A stretch of DNA of 64,000 nucleotides from an uncultured Dysosmobacter sp. (GTDB taxonomy: Bacteria; Bacillota; Clostridia; Oscillospirales; Oscillospiraceae): assembly GCF_947631635.1 (NCBI RefSeq), contig NZ_CANRMB010000010.1, forward strand, positions 6,884 to 70,883, given 5' to 3'. Under the pieces are notes generated by a model. That model did not search any database and was not told the DNA's origin. It saw only the letters and a program-made list of their open reading frames with translations. Numbering within the stretch: the first letter of the stretch is position 1; each line of letters opens with the position of its first letter. This document shows positions 17,161-27,797 of the stretch, one piece after another. A program made the translations under genes and the position numbers.

Positions 17161-18678
17161 TTACCCCTTCAAAATATCCGTGTTCCGGTATTGGATGGCC
17201 TCCGCCAGGTGGGCGGTGCCGATGTCCGTGTCACCGTCCAGGTCCGCGATGGTCCGGGCCACCCGCAGGATGCGGTCATGGGAGCGGGCTGTCAGGCCCA
17301 TGCGGTCAAAGGCATTTTTTAGAAGCGCCTCTCCGGCGGCGTCCAGGCGGCAGAATTCTCCCACCATGGCAGGCGTCATATAGGCGTTGCAGGTGACGTC
17401 CGTACCCTGGAACCGCTGGGCCTGAACGGCCCGGGCGGCGTCCACCCGCTGCTTGACCTGGGCGGAGGACTCCGGCGTCTCCCGCCGCCGCATGGCCTCG
17501 TATTCCACCGAGGGGACGCTGACGTGGAGGTCGATGCGGTCCAGCAGGGGACCGGAGATCTTTTCCACATACTTGGCAACCTCCCGGTCAGAGCAGGTGC
17601 ATTTCCCGGAGGGATGGCCCCGCCAGCCGCAGCGGCAGGGGTTCATGGCGCACACCAGCTGGAATCGGGCGGGGAGGTGCAGCGTCCCGCCCGCCCGGGC
17701 CACCGTGACCTCGCCGTCCTCCAGGGGCTGGCGCATAGCCTCCAGCACGTCCCGGTGGAACTCCGGCAGCTCGTCCAGAAACAGGACCCCGTTGTGGGCC
17801 AGAGAGATCTCGCCGGGCCGCATGGCGGGGCCGCCGCCGGACAGCGCGGTGGACGATGTGGTGTGGTGGGGTCTGCGGAAGGGGCGGCGGGTCAGCAGGG
17901 GATGCCTGGGGTCCGACAGGCCCGCCACGGACCAGATACCGGAGACGGCCAGGGCCTCCTCCCGGGTCATGTCCGGCAGGATGGAGGGCAGGCGCTTGGC
18001 CAGCATGGACTTGCCCGCGCCGGGGGAGCCGATGAGCAGCAGGTTGTGGCCGCCCGCCGCCGCGATCTCCAGGGCGCGCTTGACATTTTCCTGCCCCATG
18101 ACGTCCCGCAGGTCCGGGAGATCGCCATCATCCGCCTCCGGAGCCCAGGCCGGAGCGGGGGTGAGGCGCTCCTCGCCCTTCAAATGAGCGACCAGGGCCC
18201 GTACGTCCGGCACGCCGTACACCGTCAGGCTGCCCGCCAGGGTGGCTTCGGCGGCGTTTTCTGCCGGGACGAACAGCTGGCGGATACCGGCCCCCTGCGC
18301 GGCCATTGCCATGGGCAGCACGCCGGAAACGCCCCGCAGGGCGCCGGTCAGGGACAGCTCCCCGATAAACGCCGCATCGGACGGCAGGGCGGGCAGGTCG
18401 CCGGAGGCCGCCAGGATGCCCACGAAGATGGGCAGATCGTAGATGGTGCCGGCCTTTTTCTGCCCGGCGGGGGCAAGGTTGACGGTGATGCGGCTGACGG
18501 GGAATTTGGCGCCGCAGTTTTTTACTGCCGCCCGGACCCGTTCGCGGGCCTCCCGCACAGCGGCGTCGGGAAGCCCCACCACGTCAAAGGCAGGCAGGCC
18601 GCCGGATAGAAAGCATTCGGCGCTGACCTCATATCCGGTGATGCCGTTGAGGCCCAGAGAACGTACTGTAACGACCAA
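17161..18678 (-). CDS. comM: YifB/ComM-family Mg-chelatase-like AAA+ ATPase
   Basis: Lon-like N-terminal domain, Walker A GSPGAGKSMLA, GVLFLDELPEF, and a C-terminal LSARSHDRILRVARTIADL motif. The probable start is the TTG at 18678, after GGGAGGGG. Confidence 0.85.
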   Translation of the reverse strand: MVVTVRSLGLNGITGYEVSAECFLSGGLPAFDVVGLPDAAVREARERVRAAVKNCGAKFPVSRITVNLAPAGQKKAGTIYDLPIFVGILAASGDLPALPSDAAFIGELSLTGALRGVSGVLPMAMAAQGAGIRQLFVPAENAAEATLAGSLTVYGVPDVRALVAHLKGEERLTPAPAWAPEADDGDLPDLRDVMGQENVKRALEIAAAGGHNLLLIGSPGAGKSMLAKRLPSILPDMTREEALAVSGIWSVAGLSDPRHPLLTRRPFRRPHHTTSSTALSGGGPAMRPGEISLAHNGVLFLDELPEFHRDVLEAMRQPLEDGEVTVARAGGTLHLPARFQLVCAMNPCRCGWRGHPSGKCTCSDREVAKYVEKISGPLLDRIDLHVSVPSVEYEAMRRRETPESSAQVKQRVDAARAVQAQRFQGTDVTCNAYMTPAMVGEFCRLDAAGEALLKNAFDRMGLTARSHDRILRVARTIADLDGDTDIGTAHLAEAIQYRNTDILKG

Positions 18679-18887
18679 AATGAGTCCCCTCCCGCAATCC
18701 TGCTCACAAAAAGGACTTTGTGACACAGGGCCGTAACCATGGGATACGGCGTTTTTGATAGGTAAATCTTATCATAAAATGCAGCAATATGAAACCTATG
18801 CCATCAAAAAAAGTGGAAAAACCCCTGAAAGACGCCTGAGATTTGCGGTAAAGGGAAAATTTTGTACAAAAAATGACGAAGCAGCCG

Positions 18888-18916
18888 TTTACAGCAGGAA
18901 ATACAAGTGATATAAT
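18888..18916 (+). promoter_or_regulatory. Sigma-70-type promoter of the PFOR gene
   Basis: TTTACA, 17 nt, TATAAT, about 95 nt upstream of the start codon. Confidence 0.6.
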
Positions 18917-19011
18917 GAATCCGCATGAGAATTCGGGGGGAGAGAGACCGAGTTTCGTGTTTTGGAAGATTGCTGCCCCCGGGCAGCGAGATTTATAGGA
19001 GGTAAGAGTTT

Positions 19012-22000
19012 ATGGCAAGAAAGTTCAAGTCCATGGACGGTAACAATGCCGCTGCATATGTCAGCTACGCATTTACCGAAGTGGCGGGTATCTATCCGAT
19101 CACCCCGTCCTCTCCCATGGCAGACTTGGTTGACCAGTGGTCCGCCGCTGGTCAGAAAAACATCTTCGGTACCACCGTCAAGGTGTGCGAGATGCAGTCC
19201 GAGGCAGGTGCGTCCGGCACCGTTCACGGCTCCCTGGCCGCCGGTGCGATGACCACCACCTACACGGCCTCCCAGGGCCTGCTGCTGATGATCCCCAACA
19301 TGTATAAGATCGCCGGCGAGTTGCTGCCCTGCGTGTTCCACGTGTCCGCACGTACCGTTTCCACTCACGCGCTGAACATCTTCGGCGATCACTCCGACGT
19401 CATGGCCTGCCGTCAGACCGGCTTTGCCATGCTGTGCGAGAACGATCCCCAGGAGATTATGGACCTGGCTCCCGTGGCCCATCTGGCCGCCATCGAGGGC
19501 CGTGTTCCCTTTATCAACTTCTTCGACGGTTTCCGCACTTCCCACGAGATCCAGAAGGTCGCCTGCTGGGATTACGCGGACCTGAAGGAGATGTGCGATA
19601 TGGACGCCGTGGCGGCTTTCCGCAAGCACGCCCTGAACCCCGAGCGTCCCAACATGCGCGGCTCTCACGAGAACGGCGATATCTTCTTCCAGCACCGTGA
19701 GGCCTGCAACCCCTACTACGACGCTCTGCCCGATGTGGTGGAGAAGTACATGGGCAAGATCAACGAGAAGCTGGGCACGGACTATCAGCTGTTCAACTAC
19801 TACGGCGCACCTGACGCCGAGCGCGTCATCATCGCCATGGGTTCCATCTGCAACGTCGCTGAGGAGGTCATCGACTACATGACCGCACAGGGCGAGAAGG
19901 TCGGCATGGTGAAGGTCCACCTGTACCGCCCCTTCAAGGCGGACAAGCTGATCGCCGCCATCCCCGCCACCTGCAAGAAGATCGCCGTGCTGGACCGCAC
20001 CAAGGAGCCCGGCTCCCTGGGCGAGCCTCTGTACATGGACGTCGTCACCGCTCTGGCCAACGCCGGCAAGACCGACATCAAGGTCATCGGCGGCCGCTAC
20101 GGTCTGGGCTCCAAGGATACGCCTCCCGCCTCCGTGTTCGCCGTCTATGACGAGCTGAGCAAGGACGAGATGAAGCGTCAGTTCACCATCGGCATCGTGG
20201 ACGATGTCACCCACCTCAGCCTGGAGGAGAAGCCCGCTCCCAGCGTGGCTCCTGCCGGCACCATCGAGTGCAAGTTCTGGGGTCTGGGCGGCGACGGCAC
20301 CGTGGGCGCCAACAAGAACTCCATCAAGATTATCGGCGACCACACCGACAAGAACGTCCAGGCCTATTTCCAGTATGACTCCAAGAAGACCGGCGGCGTC
20401 ACCATCAGCCACCTGCGCTTTGGCGACAAGGCCATCAAGTCCTCTTACTACATCAACAAGGCCGACTTTGTGGCCTGCCACGTGCCCGCCTACATCGTCA
20501 AGGCCTTCCCCATGGTCCGCGACGTGAAGCCCGGCGGCACCTTCCTGATCAACTGCCAGTGGAGCGACGAGGAGCTGAACAAGCACATGCCCGCCGTCGC
20601 CAAGCGCTACATCGCCAAGAACAACATCCAGGTCTACACCATCAACGCCATCGACCTGGCCAAGGAGATCGGCATGGGCAAGCGCACCAACACCATCCTG
20701 CAGTCCGCCTTCTTCTCCCTGGCAAAGGTCATGCCCGAGGCAGAGGCCATCCAGTACATGAAGGATGCCGCTACCCACTCCTACCTGAAGAAGGGCCAGG
20801 ATGTTGTGGACATGAACCACAAGGCCATCGACGCCGGCGCCACCGCCTACAAGAAGTTCGAAGTCCCTGCTGACTGGGCCGACGCGGTGGATACCGCCGA
20901 GGAGGTGACCCTGGCCGGCAAGCCCGAGCTGGTGGAGCAGGTCAAGACCATCCTGAACCCCGTGGGCAAGATGGACGGCGACAGCCTGCCCGTCTCCGCC
21001 TTCGTCAAGCACGCGGACGGCCAGTTCGAGCTGGGTGCCGCCGCCTATGAGAAGCGCGGCGTGGCCGTGACCGTTCCCACCTGGGATTCCACCAAGTGCA
21101 TCCAGTGCAACAACTGCGCCTATGTCTGCCCCCACGCCACCATCCGTCCCTACGCGCTGACCGGGGAGGAGGCCGCCAAGGCTCCCGCCGCCGCCAAGAT
21201 CGTGGACGTGAAGGCCGGCAAGGGCAAGGGCGTTTACAAGTACACCATGGCCGTGTCTCCGCTGGACTGCATGGGCTGCGGCGTCTGCGTGGGTGTCTGC
21301 CCCGTGAACGCGCTGACCATGGTCGCCCAGGAGCAGGAGGCCGCGCAGCAGGACGTGTTCAACTACTGCGTCGCCGAGGTCGCTGAGAAGAAGGACATGC
21401 AGGACGACACCGTCAAGGGCAGCCAGTTCAAGCAGCCCATGCTGGAGTTCTCCGGCTCCTGCGCCGGCTGCGCCGAGACCAGCTATGCCCGCCTGATCAC
21501 CCAGCTGTTCGGCGACCGGATGTACATCTCCAACGCCACCGGCTGCTCCTCCATCTGGGGCGGTCCTGCCGCGACTTCTCCCTACTGCACCAACAAGGAA
21601 GGCCACGGCCCCGCCTGGTCCAACTCCCTGTTTGAAGATAACGCCGAGCACGGTCTGGGCATGTTCCTGGGCCAGCAGGCCATCCGCAACAGCCTGGCTG
21701 ACAAGACCCGCGCCCTGATCGCTGTGGAGTGGGCCCGTCCCGAACTGAAGGAGGCCGCTCAGAAGTGGCTGGATACCATGGAGGACGGCGACGCCAGCGC
21801 CGAGGCCAGCAAGGCATATGTGGCCGCGCTGGAGGCCAGCATCTGCACCGTTGACGAGCTGATCGCCTGCCCTGATGACAAGTTCCAGACCCACGGCAAG
21901 GAACTGAAGGCCGCCGGCAAGCAGTTCTGCGACTGCGACGCCTGCAAGCTGGTCGCTGAGATTCTGGAGAACAAGGAATACCTGTCCAAGAAGTCCATGT

Positions 22001-22638
22001 GGATCTTCGGCGGCGACGGCTGGGCTTACGACATTGGCTTCGGCGGCGTGGACCACGTCCTGGCCTCCGGCAACGACGTGAACATCTTCGTCTTTGATAC
22101 CGAGGTCTATTCCAACACCGGCGGACAGGCTTCCAAGGCCTCCAACATCGGCCAGGTCGCCCAGTTCGCGGCTGCCGGTAAGGAGATCAAGAAGAAGTCC
22201 CTGGCTGAGATCGCCATGAGCTATGGCTACATCTATGTGGCCCAGGTGGCCATGGGCGCCAACCCCGCCCAGACCCTGAAGGCCATTAAGGAGGCCGAGG
22301 CCTATCACGGTCCCTCTCTGATCATCGGCTACGCTCCCTGCGAGATGCACAGCATCAAGGGCGGCATGATGAACTGCCAGAAGGAGATGAAGAAGGCTGT
22401 GGAGTGCGGCTACTGGAACCTGTTCCGGTTCAACCCCGCTGCCGAGGGCGCCAAGTTCACCCTGGACTCCAAGGAGCCCAAGGGCGGCTATCAGGAATTC
22501 CTGATGAACGAGGCCCGTTACAGCCGTCTGACCCGCGAGTTCCCCGAGCGTGCCACCGAGCTGTTCCAGCGGAACGAGAAGGCCGCCATGGACCGCTACG
22601 AGCACCTGCTCAAGCTGAAGGCCATGTACGAGGGCTGA
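19012..22638 (+). CDS. nifJ: Pyruvate:ferredoxin (flavodoxin) oxidoreductase
   Basis: Single-polypeptide PFOR of 1208 aa. N-terminus MDGNNAAAYVSYAFTEVAGIYPITPSS, two CxxCxxCxxxCP ferredoxin motifs, and a TPP-binding GGDGWAYDIG motif. Confidence 0.95.
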   Translation: MARKFKSMDGNNAAAYVSYAFTEVAGIYPITPSSPMADLVDQWSAAGQKNIFGTTVKVCEMQSEAGASGTVHGSLAAGAMTTTYTASQGLLLMIPNMYKIAGELLPCVFHVSARTVSTHALNIFGDHSDVMACRQTGFAMLCENDPQEIMDLAPVAHLAAIEGRVPFINFFDGFRTSHEIQKVACWDYADLKEMCDMDAVAAFRKHALNPERPNMRGSHENGDIFFQHREACNPYYDALPDVVEKYMGKINEKLGTDYQLFNYYGAPDAERVIIAMGSICNVAEEVIDYMTAQGEKVGMVKVHLYRPFKADKLIAAIPATCKKIAVLDRTKEPGSLGEPLYMDVVTALANAGKTDIKVIGGRYGLGSKDTPPASVFAVYDELSKDEMKRQFTIGIVDDVTHLSLEEKPAPSVAPAGTIECKFWGLGGDGTVGANKNSIKIIGDHTDKNVQAYFQYDSKKTGGVTISHLRFGDKAIKSSYYINKADFVACHVPAYIVKAFPMVRDVKPGGTFLINCQWSDEELNKHMPAVAKRYIAKNNIQVYTINAIDLAKEIGMGKRTNTILQSAFFSLAKVMPEAEAIQYMKDAATHSYLKKGQDVVDMNHKAIDAGATAYKKFEVPADWADAVDTAEEVTLAGKPELVEQVKTILNPVGKMDGDSLPVSAFVKHADGQFELGAAAYEKRGVAVTVPTWDSTKCIQCNNCAYVCPHATIRPYALTGEEAAKAPAAAKIVDVKAGKGKGVYKYTMAVSPLDCMGCGVCVGVCPVNALTMVAQEQEAAQQDVFNYCVAEVAEKKDMQDDTVKGSQFKQPMLEFSGSCAGCAETSYARLITQLFGDRMYISNATGCSSIWGGPAATSPYCTNKEGHGPAWSNSLFEDNAEHGLGMFLGQQAIRNSLADKTRALIAVEWARPELKEAAQKWLDTMEDGDASAEASKAYVAALEASICTVDELIACPDDKFQTHGKELKAAGKQFCDCDACKLVAEILENKEYLSKKSMWIFGGDGWAYDIGFGGVDHVLASGNDVNIFVFDTEVYSNTGGQASKASNIGQVAQFAAAGKEIKKKSLAEIAMSYGYIYVAQVAMGANPAQTLKAIKEAEAYHGPSLIIGYAPCEMHSIKGGMMNCQKEMKKAVECGYWNLFRFNPAAEGAKFTLDSKEPKGGYQEFLMNEARYSRLTREFPERATELFQRNEKAAMDRYEHLLKLKAMYEG

Positions 22639-22654
22639 TCTCTCCCACAAGCGT

Positions 22655-22692
22655 AAAAAAGAGCCACGGGTATTACCCGTGGCTCTTTTTTT
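22655..22692 (+). terminator. Intrinsic terminator
   Basis: AAAAAAGAGCCACGGG-TATTA-CCCGTGGCTCTTTTTTT. Confidence 0.85.
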
Positions 22693-22722
22693 GCGCAGAG
22701 CAGCAGAACGGCCGAAGTGCGG

Positions 22723-22762
22723 AAAAAGCCCGGTTCCGTGTAAAAACCGAACGGGGCTTTTT
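22723..22762. terminator. Bidirectional terminator-like hairpin
   Basis: AGCCCGGTTC/GAACGGGGCT stem (1 mismatch) flanked by A- and T-runs, just downstream of the S41 peptidase stop codon. Confidence 0.55.
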
Positions 22763-22767
22763 CGCGG

Positions 22768-24498
22768 TCAGCGGTGAGCTATGGCGGCCAGGGCGGCGGC
22801 CATGGCATCCCCCTGGGCCCGGGTGGGCGTTTTGCCGAAGTCCGCATCCTCCGGCAGCAGACCCCAGGCCCAAGCCTGTTCCAGCGCTGCCCGGTCCCAA
22901 ACGCCGTTTGCCAGAGCGCCGGGCAGCGGCGTTGTCCGCACAGTCCCGGGCGTGAGCTTCCACCCATTGGCGGCGCGTGTCAGAAACACCGCGGCCTCCT
23001 GCCAGGTGACGGGCCGGGCGGCGGCAAAGCCGCCGTCAGCGGTTCCCTTCGCAATGCCGGTCTGACAGGCCCAGCTGATGGGATGGAGATACCATTCGAT
23101 TCCCAGCAGGTCCTGGAAGGGGGGATCGTCCCAGGAGGCGTTGGGCTGGCCCAGAGCTTCATACAGCTGGGCCAGGAAACGGCCCCGGGTCAGCGGCGCG
23201 GCGGGGCATGCCTTTTGGGACAGCCTTTCCGGGTGGGCCAGCAGCCACTCCACAGCGGTATCCCGCCCGGCCAGGGTGTCCGCCATGGTCTGGGGCACGG
23301 AGACGTCCGGCTCCAGAGGCACCACGCCCCGGCCCGCATCGGCGTCCAGCAGCGTGCCCAGGTCGATGTATTTGGAGGATACGCCCACCTTGAATTTCGA
23401 GTTGGGCAGCTGGAAGCTCCTGACGGAGCCGAAATGGTCCACGCTGCCGCTGGTGCTGTCGCCCACCAGAACGGCGCCCATCTCCTGGAGCTCCACGGCG
23501 TTGATGATGGCGGAGGAGAAGGTGGTCTCGCCGATGAGACATACCACCTCGCTTCCCAGGTCCATCTGCTCCCGCAGGACCCGCAGCAGCGGCCAGATCA
23601 CGCCGTCAGACCCGCCGCCGTTGTTCCGCAGATCCAGGACCACGCGGGCCGGCGCCTTGGCGTCCAGGGCGCTCCACACCTGGGCGGCGAACGTCTCCAT
23701 AGGCAGCTCCGGGTCCTCGCGGCAGGTATTGTACTGAATGTAATAGGTCCCATTTTGGGCGCTGCCGTCCAAAAATGCGGACCAGTATGCCTCGTCCGTC
23801 TGGGCCGTGGCGGGAGTTTGGGTGATGGTTGCTCCCAGGTAGGCCAAGCTGTCAAGCTCCTGAGCGGAAACGGGGGAGAGGGACAGCGTTTTGCCGCCGC
23901 CCAGGGTGAGGACCAACGGGTCCCCGGCTTCTGCCAGGCCCAGGTATTCATAGAAATCCGCGGCCATACAGCTCTGCCGGAATTCCCGCCGCAGCTTGAC
24001 GGGGTTGTCGGCGCTTAAAATGGCGCGGAAGCGGTCCATGGCCTCCGCCACGGTTTTGCCGTTGAGGGCGGTGACCTCCTGCCCCAGCAGAGCGCTGTCA
24101 GCGGACGGCGCCGCGGTGAGATACCACCTGCCGTCCCGCCAGGAGAGCATCATGGGATAAAAGTGCATCTGCGCCATCAGGCTCCCGGTGCTGCCGAGGG
24201 AGGTGTGGGAATCCTTGACCAGCGCCGTGAGGCGCATCAGGTCCAGGGCAAAGGCCACATCGCTCTCTGTCTCCAGCCGCCCTTCGATCTCGGCCTTTTG
24301 GGCCAGGAATTCCGATTCCGGCGTGTTGGCGAACAGATCGGGATGAACAGACTTCAGCCCCGCATAGAGCGCGTCCAGGTCCTCCTGCCGGGCCTGGGTC
24401 CGGGATGGTCCAGCGGCCAGTGCGGTGGCACCCAGTGCCAGGACCACCGCGAGACACAGGGCGGCCGCTCTCTGTATAAAATGTAGTCTGATTCGCAT
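22768..24498 (-). CDS. S41-family (tail-specific protease-like) peptidase with a C-terminal SLH-like domain
   Basis: Signal peptide; LDLRNNGGG and GETTFSSAI motifs of the S41 fold; C-terminal FQDLLGIEWYLHPISWACQTGIAKGTADGGFAAARPVTWQEAAVFL resembles an SLH repeat. Confidence 0.65.
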   Translation of the reverse strand: MRIRLHFIQRAAALCLAVVLALGATALAAGPSRTQARQEDLDALYAGLKSVHPDLFANTPESEFLAQKAEIEGRLETESDVAFALDLMRLTALVKDSHTSLGSTGSLMAQMHFYPMMLSWRDGRWYLTAAPSADSALLGQEVTALNGKTVAEAMDRFRAILSADNPVKLRREFRQSCMAADFYEYLGLAEAGDPLVLTLGGGKTLSLSPVSAQELDSLAYLGATITQTPATAQTDEAYWSAFLDGSAQNGTYYIQYNTCREDPELPMETFAAQVWSALDAKAPARVVLDLRNNGGGSDGVIWPLLRVLREQMDLGSEVVCLIGETTFSSAIINAVELQEMGAVLVGDSTSGSVDHFGSVRSFQLPNSKFKVGVSSKYIDLGTLLDADAGRGVVPLEPDVSVPQTMADTLAGRDTAVEWLLAHPERLSQKACPAAPLTRGRFLAQLYEALGQPNASWDDPPFQDLLGIEWYLHPISWACQTGIAKGTADGGFAAARPVTWQEAAVFLTRAANGWKLTPGTVRTTPLPGALANGVWDRAALEQAWAWGLLPEDADFGKTPTRAQGDAMAAALAAIAHR

Positions 24499-24637
24499 AA
24501 GATTCCCCCCGAAAATTGTATTATAAAACTAGTTTAATAATACAATAGTACGTAGATTTGGAAATGTCAAGTCCTGCTTCCGATTTCCCCTTTCTAGATC
24601 ATACGGGGCAGCGGCGCCTTTTTCTTCAAATGCCTCC

Positions 24638-24676
24638 AAAAAACCAGTCCCCATCCGGATGGATGGGGACTGGTTT
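24638..24676 (-). terminator. Intrinsic terminator of the efflux operon
   Basis: Perfect 13-bp stem CCAGTCCCCATCC/GGATGGGGACTGG with a T-run on the minus strand. Confidence 0.75.
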
Positions 24677-24680
24677 CAAA

Positions 24681-27600
24681 TCACTGGACCTCCGCGGGAA
24701 GCCCTTCCTCCTGGGCGGGAGGAGCCGGAGGCTCTTTGCGTTTTCTCCGGCGGAAATACTTGGGCAGGTCGTCGATAACAGAGTAGTACACCGGTGTGAA
24801 CAGCAGGGTGATGACGGTGGAGATGATCATGCCGCTCATCATGGTGATGCCCATGTCGCTCATCATCTCGTTGGTGTCGCCGATGCCCAGGGCCATGGGG
24901 ACCATGGCCAGGACCGTGGTCAGGGTGGTCATCATAATGGGCCGGATGCGGAGGGGGCAGGCCTTCAGGATGGCCTCCTCCCGGCTCTCGCCCATCTCCC
25001 GGCGGATCTTGATGTACTCCACCAGGATGATGGAGTTGTTGACCACAGTGCCCGCCAGCATGATAAGGGCCACCAGGGAGATCATGGACAGGTCCCGGCC
25101 TGTGACGGGCAGGGCAAACAGCGCGCCGGTAAAGGCCACCGGCAGGATCATCATCACGATGACCGGCATCAGGAAGGACTCAAACTGAGCGGCCAGCACG
25201 AAGTACACCAGACCCATGGCGACCAGCAATGCCAGCAGCAGGTCGGAGAAGTTTTCCATCATGTCGGAATAGCTGCCCGTCAATTCAGCGGTATAGCCCT
25301 CCGGCATCTGATAGCGGTCCAAAAGCTCCGTGAGCTGCCTGGTCATCTCCGTGGCGTTGCCGCTGATGGTGTCGCCGGTGATGTTCACCTGGCGGGACTG
25401 GTTGACCCGGGTGATGGTCTGGGGGGCCTGGACGATGTCCACATGGGCCACGGAGGACAGGGGCACATAGCCGCCCATGGCGGTGGCCACCGGCATGGAG
25501 CGCAGGGCGTCCAGGCTGGCGGCGGCCGAGCCGTCGCCCTTGACCACCACATCCAGCTCCTTGTTGTCGATGGTGACGGTGGTGGCGGTGCTGCCGGTCA
25601 GCTCCGAGCGGACGGCGGCGCCCACCTGGGCCGCCGTCAGGCCATACTGGGCGGCGGCCTCCCGGTTCATGGTGACCTTCACCTGGGGGACCTGCTCCGC
25701 CACGGAGCTGGTAACGTCCACGGCGTCTTCCAGCTGGCGGATCTCCGCCATCAGGTCGTCGGCGATCATGGTCAGGGTGGCGTAATCGTCGCCGGAGATC
25801 TCCACGCTGATATCGTCGCCGCTCATCATGGCGGTCATGCCGGAGGTATCCACAATGATCTCACAGCCGGCGATATCCGCCAGGGGAGCGCGCAGGCTGT
25901 CCGCCACGTCGCGGCTGCTGCGCTTCCGGTCGCCCCGGTCCACCAGGTTCAAGGTGACAGAGGCGGATTCCGGCTGGCAGGTGTAATACATACTGTCCAG
26001 TTCCGGCACCTGGGCCTGGGCGATGGCGGTCACCCGGTCGGCGATGGCGGAGGTCTCACTGATATCTGAGCCGATAGGGGTGCTGATGGAGACGGAGATC
26101 ATGCCCATGTCCATCTCCGGCATTAGGACCATGTTGGTGGTCAGGCAGCTGATGATAAAGATCGCCACCAGGGCCACAGAGGCCAGCATCCCGGCCTTCA
26201 AGTGATGGACGAAGTAGTCCAGCAGCTTGATGTAGCGGTCATACAGCTTGCCGATCCACTGGCCGCAGCGGGCCGCGATGGCGTTGGGCTGCTTTCCCGC
26301 CTGCTTCAGCTGCCGTGCCCGGACCTTGTCCGTGTCCAGCAGCATGTAGCACAGCAGGGGGACCCAGGTCAGGGCGATGACCAGGGAGCCCAGGATCAAA
26401 AATGCGATGGTCAGACAGAAGTCCTTGAACAGCATGCCGGCCATGCCGCCGGTGAGGCCCAGGGGCAGGAACACGGCCACGGTGGTCAGGGTGGAGGCCA
26501 TGACAGAGGTGGTGACCTCCTTGGTGCCGTCCACGCAGGCGCTCATGCGGTCATGGCCCTCGGCGGCAAAGCGGTAGATGTTTTCCAGCACCACGATGGA
26601 GTTATCCACGATCATGCCGACGCCCATGGCGATGCCGCCCAGGGACATCATGTTCATGGTCAGGTCGAACACGTTCATCAGCACGAACACCGCCAGGATG
26701 CAGACGGGCATGGACACGGCGATGGTCATGGTGGCGCCCCAGCGCCGCAGGAACAGGAATACCACGATGGCGGCCAGCAGAACGCCCAGCATAATGTTCT
26801 GCAGGGCGGAGTCCACAGCGATGTTGATGTATTCAGAGGCCAGATAGGGCGTGGAATACCGGATGCTGGGCTGGTCCGCCGCCAGCTCTGCCATCCGCTC
26901 CTCCACAGCGTCGGCCGTGGCGACCTCGTTGGCGCCGGACTGCTTGGAGACCTGGAGGATCACACAGGGGCTGCCGTTCATCTGGGCCAGGGTGTCCGTG
27001 TCCTGGGTGGCCAGCGCCACGTCCGCCACCTCGCGGAGACGGACGGTGCCGCCGGTGGGCAGGGCCACCAGCATATTGGCCACGTCCTCCACGGACTGGA
27101 ACTTGGCGTCGGTGGAGACGGTCAGGGTCTTGGAGCCGCTCTGCATATCGCCGCCGGGATACAGCAGGTTTTCCGCTGTCAGGAACTGGGAGATATAGCT
27201 GCTGGAAAGGCCGAAGCCCGCCGCCCGGGTGGGGTCAATCCGCACCTCGATCTGCTGCTCCACGCCGCCGCTGACGGTCACGGAGGCCACGCCGTCAATG
27301 CGCTCCAGAGCGGGGGAGATGGTGTCCTCCGCCAGGGCCTGGAGGTCCGCCAGATCCTCGCCCATCAGGGCAATGATGGCGGAGGGCATCAGGTCGCTGA
27401 TGTTGATGTTGACGATGATGGGGTCCATGGCGCCGTCCGGCAGGGAGAGCATGTCGAACTTCTCCCGCAGCTTGGTGGCGGCGATGTCCAGGTCCGTGTC
27501 CTCCACATAGGTGATCTGGACCTGGCTGACCCCGTCCGACGAGGTGGAGGACACCGCGTCCACGCCGGGGACCGACATGATGGCGGTCTCCAGGGGGCGG

Positions 27601-27791
27601 GTCACCAGCTCCTCGATGTCGCTGGGGGTGGCGCCGTTGTAGTAACACATGACCAGGGCCATGGGCGCCTCCATGTCCGGCAGCAGGGACATCTGGAGCT
27701 GGGTGGTGAAGACCACGCCGAAGATGGCGATCATGATCACCGCCAAAAGGGTGGACACCTTATGCTTGATGCAAAATCTTGCCGTACTCAT
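24681..27791 (-). CDS. RND-family efflux transporter permease (AcrB/HAE1-like)
   Basis: 1036 aa, 12-TM architecture with two large loops, AcrB-like N-terminus FCIKHKVSTLLAVIMIAIFG. Confidence 0.9.
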   Translation of the reverse strand: MSTARFCIKHKVSTLLAVIMIAIFGVVFTTQLQMSLLPDMEAPMALVMCYYNGATPSDIEELVTRPLETAIMSVPGVDAVSSTSSDGVSQVQITYVEDTDLDIAATKLREKFDMLSLPDGAMDPIIVNINISDLMPSAIIALMGEDLADLQALAEDTISPALERIDGVASVTVSGGVEQQIEVRIDPTRAAGFGLSSSYISQFLTAENLLYPGGDMQSGSKTLTVSTDAKFQSVEDVANMLVALPTGGTVRLREVADVALATQDTDTLAQMNGSPCVILQVSKQSGANEVATADAVEERMAELAADQPSIRYSTPYLASEYINIAVDSALQNIMLGVLLAAIVVFLFLRRWGATMTIAVSMPVCILAVFVLMNVFDLTMNMMSLGGIAMGVGMIVDNSIVVLENIYRFAAEGHDRMSACVDGTKEVTTSVMASTLTTVAVFLPLGLTGGMAGMLFKDFCLTIAFLILGSLVIALTWVPLLCYMLLDTDKVRARQLKQAGKQPNAIAARCGQWIGKLYDRYIKLLDYFVHHLKAGMLASVALVAIFIISCLTTNMVLMPEMDMGMISVSISTPIGSDISETSAIADRVTAIAQAQVPELDSMYYTCQPESASVTLNLVDRGDRKRSSRDVADSLRAPLADIAGCEIIVDTSGMTAMMSGDDISVEISGDDYATLTMIADDLMAEIRQLEDAVDVTSSVAEQVPQVKVTMNREAAAQYGLTAAQVGAAVRSELTGSTATTVTIDNKELDVVVKGDGSAAASLDALRSMPVATAMGGYVPLSSVAHVDIVQAPQTITRVNQSRQVNITGDTISGNATEMTRQLTELLDRYQMPEGYTAELTGSYSDMMENFSDLLLALLVAMGLVYFVLAAQFESFLMPVIVMMILPVAFTGALFALPVTGRDLSMISLVALIMLAGTVVNNSIILVEYIKIRREMGESREEAILKACPLRIRPIMMTTLTTVLAMVPMALGIGDTNEMMSDMGITMMSGMIISTVITLLFTPVYYSVIDDLPKYFRRRKRKEPPAPPAQEEGLPAEVQ

Positions 27792-27797
27792 GTGCCG

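Noticed and set aside
18889-22650. 1253-aa ORF antisense to PFOR
   Set aside because: Shadow ORF of a high-G+C gene. The Gly/Leu/Val/His-rich translation has no motifs, while the + strand product is an unmistakable PFOR.
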